DNA of 63,462 nt, filler included, from an uncultured bacterium (lineage in GTDB: Bacteria > CAYJOG01): the NCBI GenBank assembly GCA_964371695.1. It is 10 parts of 10 records of this genome, joined end to end, with 100 filler letters (N's around TTAATTAATTAA, not from the genome) between each part and the next. Parts side by side here need not be neighbours in the genome. Positions count along the whole stretch, not along the records: positions 6,518 to 12,882 come from CAYJOG010000180.1; positions 12,983 to 19,315 come from CAYJOG010000181.1; positions 19,416 to 25,745 come from CAYJOG010000182.1; 7 more parts are not named here. One strand, 5' to 3'. The position numbers were made by a program, and so were the translations under genes. Shown piece by piece: positions 11,034-20,804 of the stretch (position 1 is its first letter; each line of letters opens with the position of its first letter). A model generated the notes under the pieces. It saw nothing but the letters and a program-made list of their open reading frames with translations. It ran no database searches and was not told the origin of the DNA.

Positions 11034-12635
11034 ATGAGCAAAACAATCGAGATTTATGACACCACCCTGCGAGACGGTGGCCAGGCCGAAGGCGTGAGTT
11101 ATTCGGTGCTGGACAAACTCCAGATCACCGAGCGGTTGTTCGGTTTTGGGGTGGAATTTGTGGAGGGCGGCTGGCCGGGCAGCAACCCCAAAGACAAGGA
11201 ATATTTCGAGCGCGCCCGCGAAATTCCCCGCAAAAAAGGCCAGCGGGTGATGGCGTTCTCCATGACCAGCCGCGCCGGTGTGAAACCCGCCGAAGACCCC
11301 GGCCTGAAGGCCCTGCTCAAAAGCGGCGCCGACGGCCAGACCCTGGTGGGCAAAACGTGGGATTTTCATGTGCAGCACGCCCTGGGCATTTCGCTGCGCG
11401 AAAACCTGCGGATTGTGGAAGAGAGCATTGCGTATCTGAAAAAAAAGGGCGGTTTCGTCATTTTTGACGCCGAGCATTTTTTTGATGGCTTCACCCACAA
11501 TCCCGAATACGCCATTTCGGTGCTGGAAGCCGCCGAGCGGGGCGGGGCGGACAGGCTGGTGCTGTGCGACACCAATGGCGGCTCCCTGCCCACGGTGCTG
11601 GAAGACGTGGTGACCCAGGTGATGGGGTGCGTCACCGTGCCCGTGGGCATTCACGCCCACAACGACGGCGACATGGCCACCGCCAACAGTCTGGCCGCCG
11701 TGGCGGCCGGGGCCACCCATGTGCAGGGCACCATCAACGGCCTGGGCGAGCGGTGCGGCAACGCCAACCTCTGCGCCATATTGCCCAATCTGGCGCTCAA
11801 GCTGCAACGGCGCGTGGCCTGTCACAACAATCTGAAAGACCTCACCGCCCTGTCGCGGTTTGTGGCCAATGTGACCAACCGCAGCGTGCCGCCGGGCATG
11901 GCTTTTGTGGGGCGCAGCGCCTTTGCCCACAAGGGGGGCATTCACGTGAGCGCGGTGCGCAAAAACGCCAAGACCTACGAGCATCTGGACCCGGCCCTGG
12001 TGGGCAACGAGCGGCGCATTCTGGTGAGCGAGCTGTCGGGCAAGAGCAACATGCTGGCGGTGCTGGGAGAAGACCTGGGCGACCACACCCAGAAGGTGCT
12101 CGAAGAAGTCAAACGCCTGGAACACCTGGGTTACAGCTTTGAAGCCGCCGAGGCCAGCCTGAAACTGCTGATGCTGAGCGTGCAGGGGCGTTATGCCGCG
12201 CCGTTTGCCGTGGAGGCCTATAACGTCTACGGCAATTACCGGCCTTCACGGGGCAGGGAGAACGGCCACGCCGTGTTGAGCGAGGCCACTGTGCAGGTGC
12301 GTGTGGGCAAGGATCACCTGCACACCGCCGCCGTGGGCGACGGCCCGGTGAATGCGCTGGACAACGCCCTGCGCAAGGCTATCGGCCATTTTTTTCCGTC
12401 TTTGCAGGCGGTGAAGCTGGTGGACTACAAGGTGCGCGTGCTGGACGCCACCAGCGGCACCGAGGCCAGTGTGCGGGTGCTGGTGGAAAGCACCGACGGC
12501 GAACACCGCTGGAGCACCGTGGGGGTGAGCACCAACGTGGTGGAGGCGAGTTTCGAGGCGCTGCTGGATGCCCTGACCTATCACCTGTGGCGTAACCAAA
12601 AGGGTGGGGCGGCCAAAAAACCGGCCAGGAAATAG
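11034..12635 (+). CDS. cimA: Citramalate synthase
   Basis: YDTTLRDGGQAEG, EGGWPGSNPKD, FDAEHFFDG, GERCGNANL, AFAHKGGIH, LeuA-type regulatory domain. Confidence 0.92.
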   Translation: MSKTIEIYDTTLRDGGQAEGVSYSVLDKLQITERLFGFGVEFVEGGWPGSNPKDKEYFERAREIPRKKGQRVMAFSMTSRAGVKPAEDPGLKALLKSGADGQTLVGKTWDFHVQHALGISLRENLRIVEESIAYLKKKGGFVIFDAEHFFDGFTHNPEYAISVLEAAERGGADRLVLCDTNGGSLPTVLEDVVTQVMGCVTVPVGIHAHNDGDMATANSLAAVAAGATHVQGTINGLGERCGNANLCAILPNLALKLQRRVACHNNLKDLTALSRFVANVTNRSVPPGMAFVGRSAFAHKGGIHVSAVRKNAKTYEHLDPALVGNERRILVSELSGKSNMLAVLGEDLGDHTQKVLEEVKRLEHLGYSFEAAEASLKLLMLSVQGRYAAPFAVEAYNVYGNYRPSRGRENGHAVLSEATVQVRVGKDHLHTAAVGDGPVNALDNALRKAIGHFFPSLQAVKLVDYKVRVLDATSGTEASVRVLVESTDGEHRWSTVGVSTNVVEASFEALLDALTYHLWRNQKGGAAKKPARK

Positions 12636-12670
12636 GCTGGAAGTTGGAAAAAGAAAAAACCGACATCGTT

Positions 12671-12882
12671 CCCTCTCCCCTCTGGGGAGAGGGTGGTCCG
12701 TAGGACCGGGTAATGGGCGCGGGAGGTCTTTTGGGGAAGCGGCAGCATATTGATGCTGCCGGGTGCGCCCAGCGGCACGACAGTGCCGGGCAAACAAAAA
12801 AACCAGAAAAGATTTTGGTTTTTTGTCTTTGAATAAACCCCTCACCCGGCGCTCCGCGCCACCCTCTCCCCGTAAAGGGGAG
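12671..12882. repeat. CCCTCTCCC (BoxC-like) inverted repeat pair, family D
   Basis: CCCTCTCCCCTCTGGGGAGAGGG ... CCCCTCACCCGGCGCTCCGCGCCACCCTCTCCCC; contig ends inside it. Confidence 0.75.
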
Positions 12883-13099
12883 NNNNNNNNNNNNNNNNNN
12901 NNNNNNNNNNNNNNNNNNNNNNNNNNTTAATTAATTAANNNNNNNNNNNNNNNNNNNNNNNNNNNNNNNNNNNNNNNNNNNNGTATTGGCTCTGGTGTTC
13001 GCTGGAAGATTGGCCCTCCGTGGCGGCTGGTTCCAGGGCACCCATCCGTGTATGCCCGTTCGGCGGGCCATAACACCAATGTGTTCTGGCAATACTCCG

Positions 13100-13157
13100 C
13101 CTCACCCGGCGGCGGAAACGGCCATCCATGGCCTCTGGCGTCGGATGCCGCCAAGCG
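13100..13157 (+). repeat. Family A partial copy
   Basis: CCGGCGGCGGAAACGGCCATCCATGGCCTCTGGCGTCGGATGCCGCCAAG matches 5098-5147. Confidence 0.75.
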
Positions 13158-13293
13158 GTTGTTGTGCGCATACTTCCTGAAAATGCTCTGGAACGAGGCG
13201 CAAAGCCTGCCCAGACCGCACGACACAGTGTTTCGCTGGAAATCACGGCCAATTGGGGGTAAACTTTTTTTAACGCAGGGAGGCGGAAACAGG

Positions 13294-13872
13294 TTGTCAC
13301 TGACAGGTCCTCGCATACAGGTTTCGCACGTTCACGCCAGGGCGAATGTTTCGCACGGCCCTGCACGGGTTACCACCACCAACCGTGCGCCGCAAACCAG
13401 CATCAACACGCGGGATTCCGAGGTGAGCATTCAGGCCGGGCGCACCGACATGGAAATCGAGTGGCAAAAGACCCGCAACGAAATCGGCCTGAAGGACTAC
13501 ATGACCCTGCAGCGGGATTTTCGGGATGACAGCATGCAGGCTGGTCTGGCGGGCATCGGCCGCATCGCCAGCGAGGGCGACGCCATCGGCCACATCGAAA
13601 ACGGCGGCCACCCCATCGCCGACCTGGCCATGGCCCGCACCGATCACGAAGTGAGTTTCAACATCGGTTTTGCGCCCCTCACCCCACCCAGCATCACCTT
13701 CACACCCCACCAGCCTCGCATCGAGGCCAATCCCCCTGAGGTGAATGTGCGCACCAACACCTATCCTGCCCTCACCAGAGTCACGCCCACCCCCGTGCAG
13801 GTGGATGTCAACCCCCGTGGAGAAATCCGCGTCAACGTCACCGGCCAGCTGGTAGACTTCCTGGCGGTCTGA
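13294..13872 (+). CDS. YviE/DUF6470-like flagellar-locus protein
   Basis: GLAGIGRIASEGDAIGHIENGGHPIADLA; directly upstream of fliW; TTG start after GGAGG. Confidence 0.75.
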   Translation: MSLTGPRIQVSHVHARANVSHGPARVTTTNRAPQTSINTRDSEVSIQAGRTDMEIEWQKTRNEIGLKDYMTLQRDFRDDSMQAGLAGIGRIASEGDAIGHIENGGHPIADLAMARTDHEVSFNIGFAPLTPPSITFTPHQPRIEANPPEVNVRTNTYPALTRVTPTPVQVDVNPRGEIRVNVTGQLVDFLAV

Positions 13873-13875
13873 ACC

Positions 13876-14349
13876 ATGCCCACCGTAAAAACCACACGTT
13901 TTGGAGAAATCCCCGTTGAACCGGACCAGGTTTATGCCGTGTCCGAGACCCTGCCGGGGTTTCCCGACGCCGCCTCGTTCTTTTTCATTGACCGGGCCAA
14001 CATTGCACCGTTCCGCTGGTTGCAGTGCATTGAAGACGCCAACCTGACCTTTGTCATCGTCAAGCCCGAAATCTTCTTTTACGACTATGCCCCCAAGGTG
14101 GACCCCAAAGATTTGAAGGGTCTGGAGATGGAAGACCAGTTCAGCGGCCAGTTTTACACCATCGTGGTGCTGCCCGAAGACCTGACCCAGATGACGGCCA
14201 ACCTCAAGGCCCCGCTGCTGTTCAACCCCCGCACCCGTAAGTTCAAGCAGGTTTTCCTGCTCAACAGCGACTATCACTATCAGCACTATATCTTGCGCGC
14301 CATTGAAGAAAAAGGCATTGAGGGCAGCGGCGCGGGGGGGGCAGGCTGA
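13876..14349 (+). CDS. fliW: Flagellar assembly factor FliW
   Basis: TTRFGEI, LPGFP, FRWLQC, MTANLKAPLLFN. Confidence 0.95.
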   Translation: MPTVKTTRFGEIPVEPDQVYAVSETLPGFPDAASFFFIDRANIAPFRWLQCIEDANLTFVIVKPEIFFYDYAPKVDPKDLKGLEMEDQFSGQFYTIVVLPEDLTQMTANLKAPLLFNPRTRKFKQVFLLNSDYHYQHYILRAIEEKGIEGSGAGGAG

Positions 14350-14618
14350 TGCTGGTGCTGAGCCGACGCATAGACGAAAGCATCATGATCGGCGAGAACA
14401 TCGAAGTGAAAGTGATTGACATCAAGGGCGAAACCATTAAACTGGGAATACAAGCACCCAGGTCTGTCCCCGTTCACCGCAAAGAGATCTACGAAGAAAT
14501 CAAGCGGGAAAACGTAAAGGCCGCAGCGGTGGACACCGATCCCGAAAAACTCAGCCAACTCGAAAACATCAGCAAACTCATGACGGGCAAAACCCAGCCC
14601 CCCAAGGAGGAAACCTAG
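14349..14618 (+). CDS. csrA: Carbon storage regulator CsrA with C-terminal extension
   Basis: MLVLSRRIDESIMIG, LGIQAPRSVPVHRKEIYEEI; coupled to fliW. Confidence 0.97.
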   Translation: MLVLSRRIDESIMIGENIEVKVIDIKGETIKLGIQAPRSVPVHRKEIYEEIKRENVKAAAVDTDPEKLSQLENISKLMTGKTQPPKEET

Positions 14619-14716
14619 AGAAACACACCACACCAAAACGCACAACCGAACGACGCCACCAATCAAATCAAACGGACTCTAACAATTAAGGCGCGTTCTT
14701 CAGGGAGGATTCACCA

Positions 14717-14875
14717 ATGTCAGTTCAATCAGCGCCTGCTTTGCAGGCCACTGTGACATATCCAGGTGAAAAACAGCTTTGCTGTAAAACCGCCGCCGCC
14801 CCCAGGGGAGTTTTCCCATGGCTGGCGGAGATGAATCCCCTTCCCTTCCCGCGTGCTCACCGGCAAGACGCCTGA
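14717..14875 (+). other. 52-codon ORF behind a duplicated flagellin-type RBS (flagellin remnant or small protein)
   Basis: TTCAGGGAGGATTCACCAATGTCA nearly identical to flagellin-1 leader TTCAGGGAGGAATTACCAATGTCA; no recognisable flagellin sequence after MSV. Confidence 0.35.
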
Positions 14876-14923
14876 GCTGCGGGTCTGCGTTTTTTCATTC
14901 CGAAAAACCACCGAGTGGAAACA

Positions 14924-15019
14924 GGTCTCAACGGACGAGGCCAATCATCGGGAAAGGAGGAAAAAAATTCTCGCTTTCCATTCGGAGGATAAAAACAACC
15001 ATTCAGGGAGGAATTACCA
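14924..15019 (+). promoter_or_regulatory. Flagellin 5' leader with putative CsrA-binding sites
   Basis: Hairpin GGTCTC-AACGGAC-GAGGCC, further GGA motifs and SD-overlapping CAGGGAGGA. Confidence 0.6.
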
Positions 15020-15847
15020 ATGTCAACCGTCGTACAAACCAATGTCGCCTCACTCCGGGGCATCGCCAACCTCAACCGCACCTCGTTCAACCTGACCGAG
15101 AGCCTGGAAAAGCTCAGCAGCGGATACAAGATCAACAAATCCGCAGATGACGCATCAGGCATGGCGATTTCCACCATCATGACCGCGCAGATTGGCGGCA
15201 TCCGCCAGGCCATTTCCAACGCCGGCGACAGCATCAGCATGATCCAGACCGCTGATGGGGCCTATGCCGAAACCACGTCCATGCTGCTGCGCATGCGCGA
15301 CCTGGCCGTGAAAGCCGCCAACGATGTCACGCTGACCTCCGCCGACCTCATCAAGCTGAACAACGAGTTCAACTCCCTGCGGTCGGAAATCACCGCCAAG
15401 ATCACCCGTGTGACCTTCAACACCAAGGCGATCCTCAACGGCGCGGTGTCGGCAGACCCAGTGCAGGTTGGCCCGAACAAAGGCAACAGCTTCAACATCA
15501 CCATCACGGCGCTCACCACGGCCGTGCTCAAGATTCCTGCCGCTGCGGTCAAGATCAGCACCGCCGCCGGCGCCGCCACCGCCATCAGTTCGGTGGACCA
15601 GGGCATTTCGGTGCTGGCCGCCAGCCGCTCTGGCCTGGGCACCATCCAGCGCCGCCTCAACCACATCATCAACGACCTCACGGCCGCCGATGTGAACCTG
15701 AGCGCCGCCCGCAGCCGCATCCTGGACACCGACTTCGCCTCCGAAATCGGCAACTACACCAAGATGCAGATTCTGCAGCAGGTGGGCACCGCCGTGCTGG
15801 CGCAGGCCAACGCAAGTCCTCAAGCCGTCATTCAGTTACTGGGCTAA
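15020..15847 (+). CDS. fliC: Flagellin 1 (short, 275 aa)
   Basis: EKLSSGYKINKSADDASG, SMIQTADGA, RMRDLAV, SRILDTDFASE, LAQANASPQ. Confidence 0.97.
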   Translation: MSTVVQTNVASLRGIANLNRTSFNLTESLEKLSSGYKINKSADDASGMAISTIMTAQIGGIRQAISNAGDSISMIQTADGAYAETTSMLLRMRDLAVKAANDVTLTSADLIKLNNEFNSLRSEITAKITRVTFNTKAILNGAVSADPVQVGPNKGNSFNITITALTTAVLKIPAAAVKISTAAGAATAISSVDQGISVLAASRSGLGTIQRRLNHIINDLTAADVNLSAARSRILDTDFASEIGNYTKMQILQQVGTAVLAQANASPQAVIQLLG

Positions 15848-16016
15848 GCCCACTGGTGGGGAAACGACCTCCGGTTCGCCGGGGGTCTCTCCCCTAACCG
15901 GGAACCGAAGAAACCGCCATGAACCCAACTCTCACCAAACACGCTGCGACCCCAACCGTTTCCAGGACGGCTGGAAAATTCCGGTGTGTGCAACGCAGGG
16001 CCGGGTTCTGGCGTTT

Positions 16017-16091
16017 GGAGCCTGTTGATACAGGCTCCCGTGGACATGAATGTCCACGCCCGAAAACCGAAGCTTCAGGGAGAGCTTTTTC
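16017..16091 (+). repeat. Family E truncated copy (duplicated at 17288-17362)
   Basis: GAGCCTGT-TGAT-ACAGGCTC, CGTGGACA-TGAA-TGTCCACG, CCGAAAACCGAAGCTT. Confidence 0.7.
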
Positions 16092-16290
16092 TATCACCCC
16101 GCCAGGGCAGATCACCGCCCCGGCGCAAAAAAGGCGCGGCGTCTTCACCCCTCCACCGTCGCCTTTTCAATTCAATAAAAAAAATAACCCAGCCCCACGG
16201 CCCGCCCCAAGGACAAGGGCCGAATATTCAAGGAAGGAGGCGCAAACAACCCACAACAAGGCTGGGAACAAAACAAGGAGGGAAGTACCA

Positions 16291-17118
16291 ATGTCAACAG
16301 TAGTCAATACCAACGTCGCATCCCAACGGGGCATCGCCAATTTGCTCAAGGTCAACTTCGGCCTGGGCGAAAGCCTGGAAAAGCTCAGCAGCGGTTTTCG
16401 CATCAACAAAGCCGCTGACGACGCTTCGGGCATGGCCATCTCCACCATCATGAGCGCGCAGATTGGCGGCATTCGCCAAGCTGTGGCCAATGCGGGTGAC
16501 ACCATCAGCATGATCCAGACCGCCGACGGCGCTTACGCCGAAACAACGTCCATCATGCTGCGCATGCGCGACCTGGCCGTGAAAGCCGCCAACGATGTCA
16601 CGCTGACCGCCGCAGACCTGATCAAGCTCGACAACGAGTTCAACGCACTGCGTTCAGAAATCACCGCGAAGATCACCCGGGTTACGTTCAACACCAAGGC
16701 GATCCTCAACGGCGCAGTCGCGGCCGATCCTGTCCAGGTGGGGCCCAACAAGGGTCAAAGCTTCAACATCACCATCACGGCGCTCACCACGGCCGTGCTC
16801 AAGATTCCCGCCGCCACGGTCGGCATAAGCACCGCTCTTAGCGCTGGCACCGCCATTGGCGCGTTGTCTCAGGGCATCTCGGTGCTGGCTTCCAGCCGGG
16901 CGGGACTGGGCACCATCCAGCTGCGTCTCAACCACATCGTCAACGACCTCACGGCCGCCGATGTGAACCTGAGCGCCGCCCGCAGCCGCGTGCTGGACAC
17001 CGACTTCGCGTCGGAAATCAGCAACTTCACCAAGTTGCAGATTCTTCAGCAGGTGGGCACCGCCGTGCTGGCGCAGGCCAACGCAAGTCCTCAAGCCGTC
17101 ATTCAGTTACTGGGCTAA
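16291..17118 (+). CDS. fliC: Flagellin 2
   Basis: MSTVVNTNVAS, EKLSSGFRINKAADDASG; AAGGAGG RBS. Confidence 0.96.
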   Translation: MSTVVNTNVASQRGIANLLKVNFGLGESLEKLSSGFRINKAADDASGMAISTIMSAQIGGIRQAVANAGDTISMIQTADGAYAETTSIMLRMRDLAVKAANDVTLTAADLIKLDNEFNALRSEITAKITRVTFNTKAILNGAVAADPVQVGPNKGQSFNITITALTTAVLKIPAATVGISTALSAGTAIGALSQGISVLASSRAGLGTIQLRLNHIVNDLTAADVNLSAARSRVLDTDFASEISNFTKLQILQQVGTAVLAQANASPQAVIQLLG

Positions 17119-17561
17119 GCCCACTGGTGGGGAAACGACCTCCGGTTCGCCGGGGGTCTCTCCCCTAACCGGGAACCGAAGAAACCGCCATGAACCCAAC
17201 TCTCACCAAACACGCTGCGACCCCAACCGTTTCCAGGACGGCTGGAAAATTCCGGTGTGTGCAACGCAGGGCCGGGTTCTGGCGTTTGGAGCCTGTTGAT
17301 ACAGGCTCCCGTGGACATGAATGTCCACGCCCGAAAACCGAAGCTTCAGGGAGAGCTTTTTCTATCACCCCGCCAGGGCAGATCACCGCCCCGGCGCAAA
17401 AAAGGCGCGGCGTCTTCACCCCTCCACCGTCGCCTTTTCAATTCAATAAAAAAAATAACCCAGCCCCACGGCCCGCCCCAAGGACAAGGGCCGAATATTC
17501 AAGGAAGGAGGCGCAAACAACCCACAACAAGGCTGGGAACAAAACAAGGAGGGAAGTACCA

Positions 17562-18389
17562 ATGTCAACAGTAGTCAATACCAACGTCGCATCCCAACGG
17601 GGCATCGCCAATTTGCTCAAGGTCAACTTCGGCCTGGGCGAAAGCCTGGAAAAGCTCAGCAGCGGTTTTCGCATCAACAAAGCCGCTGACGACGCTTCGG
17701 GCATGGCCATCTCCACCATCATGAGCGCGCAGATTGGCGGCATTCGCCAAGCTGTGGCCAATGCGGGTGACACCATCAGCATGATCCAGACCGCCGACGG
17801 CGCTTACGCCGAAACAACGTCCATCATGCTGCGCATGCGCGACCTGGCCGTGAAAGCCGCCAACGATGTCACGCTGACCGCCGCAGACCTGATCAAGCTC
17901 GACAACGAGTTCAACGCACTGCGTTCAGAAATCACCGCGAAGATCACCCGGGTTACGTTCAACACCAAGGCGATCCTCAACGGCGCAGTCGCGGCCGATC
18001 CTGTCCAGGTGGGGCCCAACAAGGGTCAAAGCTTCAACATCACCATCACGGCGCTCACCACGGCCGTGCTCAAGATTCCCGCCGCCACGGTCGGCATAAG
18101 CACCGCTCTTAGCGCTGGCACCGCCATTGGCGCGTTGTCTCAGGGCATCTCGGTGCTGGCTTCCAGCCGGGCGGGACTGGGCACCATCCAGCTGCGTCTC
18201 AACCACATCGTCAACGACCTCACGGCCGCCGATGTGAACCTGAGCGCCGCCCGCAGCCGCGTGCTGGACACCGACTTCGCGTCGGAAATCAGCAACTTCA
18301 CCAAGTTGCAGATTCTTCAGCAGGTGGGCACGGCGGTGCTGGCGCAAGCCAACGCAAGCCCGCAGGCAGTGATACAACTTTTGGGTTAA
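17562..18389 (+). CDS. fliC: Flagellin 3 (same protein as flagellin 2)
   Basis: As flagellin 2; synonymous differences only in the last ~19 codons. Confidence 0.95.
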   Translation: MSTVVNTNVASQRGIANLLKVNFGLGESLEKLSSGFRINKAADDASGMAISTIMSAQIGGIRQAVANAGDTISMIQTADGAYAETTSIMLRMRDLAVKAANDVTLTAADLIKLDNEFNALRSEITAKITRVTFNTKAILNGAVAADPVQVGPNKGQSFNITITALTTAVLKIPAATVGISTALSAGTAIGALSQGISVLASSRAGLGTIQLRLNHIVNDLTAADVNLSAARSRVLDTDFASEISNFTKLQILQQVGTAVLAQANASPQAVIQLLG

Positions 18390-18431
18390 AGCGCACACGT
18401 CTGTTCACAAATCTGTCAAAGGTTTGTCTTG

Positions 18432-18458
18432 AAAACCCCGCCCAGTGCGGGGTTTTTT
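18432..18458 (+). terminator. Intrinsic terminator after flagellin 3
   Basis: AAAACCCCGC-CCAGT-GCGGGGTTTTTT. Confidence 0.85.
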
Positions 18459-18758
18459 ATTGCGAAGCCTGAGCTGTTCGTTTTGCGCCGACTCCGGGTA
18501 ACTGGGGATTTGACCATACAAGAGGTCTTTATCGTGAAATGCCCTCTTTTGAAACAGGCACGCCTCCTGGCCCGCAACCGCCTGAAACAGGGAAAAGGCC
18601 AGAGAAAACCAGGGATTTCTTTTCTGTTGACCCTGTTTGCCGCTCTTGGCAAGACTTTTGCGTGGACACCTGGAAAGGGAGACTTTTTCCCGCCACACAC
18701 CCACCGCCACAGGCACTCCTCAAAAGAGCGGCCGGGCTGAAAAAAAAGGGGTAGCGCA

Positions 18759-19193
18759 ATGTCAGCGGTATTAAACATCAGCATAACGTCCATACCCAGC
18801 AGCCCCCACCCCAACGCCGCCATCAACAACCTACGCCCTTACCCGGAAAAACGCCGCAGCCATTTCAGCACCACACAGGGCGGAGCAGACCTGCGGGTCG
18901 CGCCTTCCGGGGCGCCTCCCCTTCGGGTTACCTTTTGCATCATCCGCCAGGAACTGAAGGCATCAGACACCCGCGCCAGTCTGGACACGCTGCAACGTCG
19001 TCTGGGCCGCATCATCAATGACCTCACCGCCCAGGACATGAATCTGACCGCCACCCGCAGTCAGATTGCGGACGCCGGATTCGCTGGGGGGTTGACCGAA
19101 TTCACCCGGTCCCAGCTTCAGGATCACGCGGACGCCGCCATCCGGTCTCAGGCCAACCTCAACCCGATGGACGTTTTTCGGTTGCTGTCATGA
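18759..19193 (+). CDS. Internally deleted mini-flagellin (or pseudogene)
   Basis: RASLDTLQRRLGRIINDLTAQDMNLTATRSQIADAGFA...SQANLNPMDVFRLL matches the flagellin C-terminus; N-terminal helical domain absent. Confidence 0.65.
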   Translation: MSAVLNISITSIPSSPHPNAAINNLRPYPEKRRSHFSTTQGGADLRVAPSGAPPLRVTFCIIRQELKASDTRASLDTLQRRLGRIINDLTAQDMNLTATRSQIADAGFAGGLTEFTRSQLQDHADAAIRSQANLNPMDVFRLLS

Positions 19194-19219
19194 ACCGCCA
19201 TTTTGCCTGATAGCCTGTT

Positions 19220-19261
19220 ATACCAATGAACATTCAAAACAGCAGGAATGTTCATTGGTAT
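19220..19261. repeat. Perfect 16-bp inverted repeat (MITE-like or terminator)
   Basis: ATACCAATGAACATTC-N10-GAATGTTCATTGGTAT. Confidence 0.6.
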
Positions 19262-19415
19262 TAATGGCCTTGCCGTTCATCGTGAACGGCTGCGGCCCGG
19301 CGCGGCGCAGGCAAANNNNNNNNNNNNNNNNNNNNNNNNNNNNNNNNNNNNNNNNNNNNTTAATTAATTAANNNNNNNNNNNNNNNNNNNNNNNNNNNNN
19401 NNNNNNNNNNNNNNN

Positions 19416-20773
19416 GGAATACGCCGGGTGCCGATCAGCCCAAGAGTGCTTGTGTTGCGCACTTCCAGTTTTCCCCACAGGTGATCACTCACATAAAGCC
19501 GGTGGTGTTTTTCATCCAGCGCCATGTCCGGCCCCAGTGTGCTGCTGGAGCGTGTTTTGAACAGGCGGTGTTCCAGTCCGCCGCCCCAGCGTTTGTGCAC
19601 CTGGCCGGGCGCGACGCCAAAATAACAGGGCGTGGGGCTGAGGCGGCAGACCACCAGAAAGGTGGCGTGTTCCCCCAGCACCGTGTAGCGGGGGCGGCGC
19701 GGATTTTGCAACCGCAGCCAATAAACCTCGTGGGCTTTTTCCTTGCCCGCCAAAAGCCAGCCGTGGCTGGGCAGGTCCTCCACGCCCGAAAAACCAAACG
19801 AGAAGCCGCTGGCCTGATGAGGCTGGCGCACCCGCGAGAGTGGCCTGGCCGTGGTTTCGTCCAGCACATGCAGGCCGCCGCCGGAATCCTGATCACCCAC
19901 CCCCACCATTTTGAGCGCGCAGTTCACCACGCCGTTGTCGCTGGTGAGTTGGCCCACCTTCAGCAGTTTTTTGCCCACCTGCAGGGTGTAACGGACCCCC
20001 ACGCGACTGGCGTCTTTCACGCCCATCCAGTAACGCCCCGGCCCGCAGCCCTCCTGCACCCAGCGGTAATCCAGACGGGGATTGGCGGCCAGTTGGGTAA
20101 CGCCTTTCTGGCGGGTGACGCGCCGCTGCTGGGCGCTCAGCGGATGGCTGTAAAACGTCACCGTGGCGCACACCATCAACAGGTTGGTGAGGGTGAGGGC
20201 GCAGAGCCAGAATGGCGGCCCTGTGCGCCGCACCAGCGACGCCACCAAAAACCACATTCCCCAGAAACCCAGTGGAATCGGCAGGTCCAGACCCCGTGCG
20301 CCTTCACCGCCCAGCATGGCTTGCAGCGCCAGCACCGCTGTGCCAGCCAGCCACCAGAAGGCGCTGGAAAATAAAAACCCCCGCTGGTGTTTTTTTTGAA
20401 TCAGCAGCAGCACAAAACCCAACAGAATGAGAAGGGCAGGGGCGGCAACACCCAGGGCCTTGAGCATCACCCACAGGCTGACGGCCCACAGCGGAATGGC
20501 CCGCCACAGCGCCAGACCCAACAACCCCATCAGCGTCAGCAGCAGCCATGGCTGTTGTTCCAGCGCCAGAGACCAGCGGCGTTTTTGCAGGTGCTCCCAG
20601 ACTGGCCCCAGCCTGCGGCGGAAACCCCAGACCAGAACACCGGCCAGGAGCCAGGCGGTGATCCAGGCGGTCTGGCCCGCCACCATGGCCACCGGCGGCA
20701 CCGCCAGCACCCACAAAAGGGCCAGCACCGGCAGGGGGGTGGCGCGTGTGAAAGTGTTGGGCAACGGGTTCAT
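19416..20773 (-). CDS. Multi-TM membrane protein with C-terminal beta-propeller-like domain (truncated by contig end)
   Basis: Hydrophobic N-half; TLGPDMALDEKHHRLYVSD; paralog of 20805-22349. Confidence 0.7.
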
Positions 20774-20804
20774 ATTAAAAGGTGTCGAGGGATGGCTGAA
20801 TAAG

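Larger units (their letters stand above)
15776..18331 (+). repeat. Direct tandem duplication, period 1271 bp (15776-17060 = 17047-18331)
   Basis: Spacers and flagellin 2/3 bodies appear identical; ORF track repeats at offset 1271. Confidence 0.93.

Noticed and set aside
16160-16230. Sigma28 promoter for flagellins 2 and 3
   Set aside because: GCCGAATA is present but there is no TAAA at the proper spacing; not supportable by eye.
15919-16290. 124-aa N-terminal extensions of flagellins 2 and 3 in the ORF track
   Set aside because: Open frame through the repeat-containing spacer; strong RBS and homology place the starts at 16291 and 17562.
18460-18758. c-di-GMP riboswitch upstream of the mini-flagellin
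   Set aside because: A CCTGAAACAGG hairpin exists, but I could not find the remaining consensus; needs an Infernal/Rfam scan.
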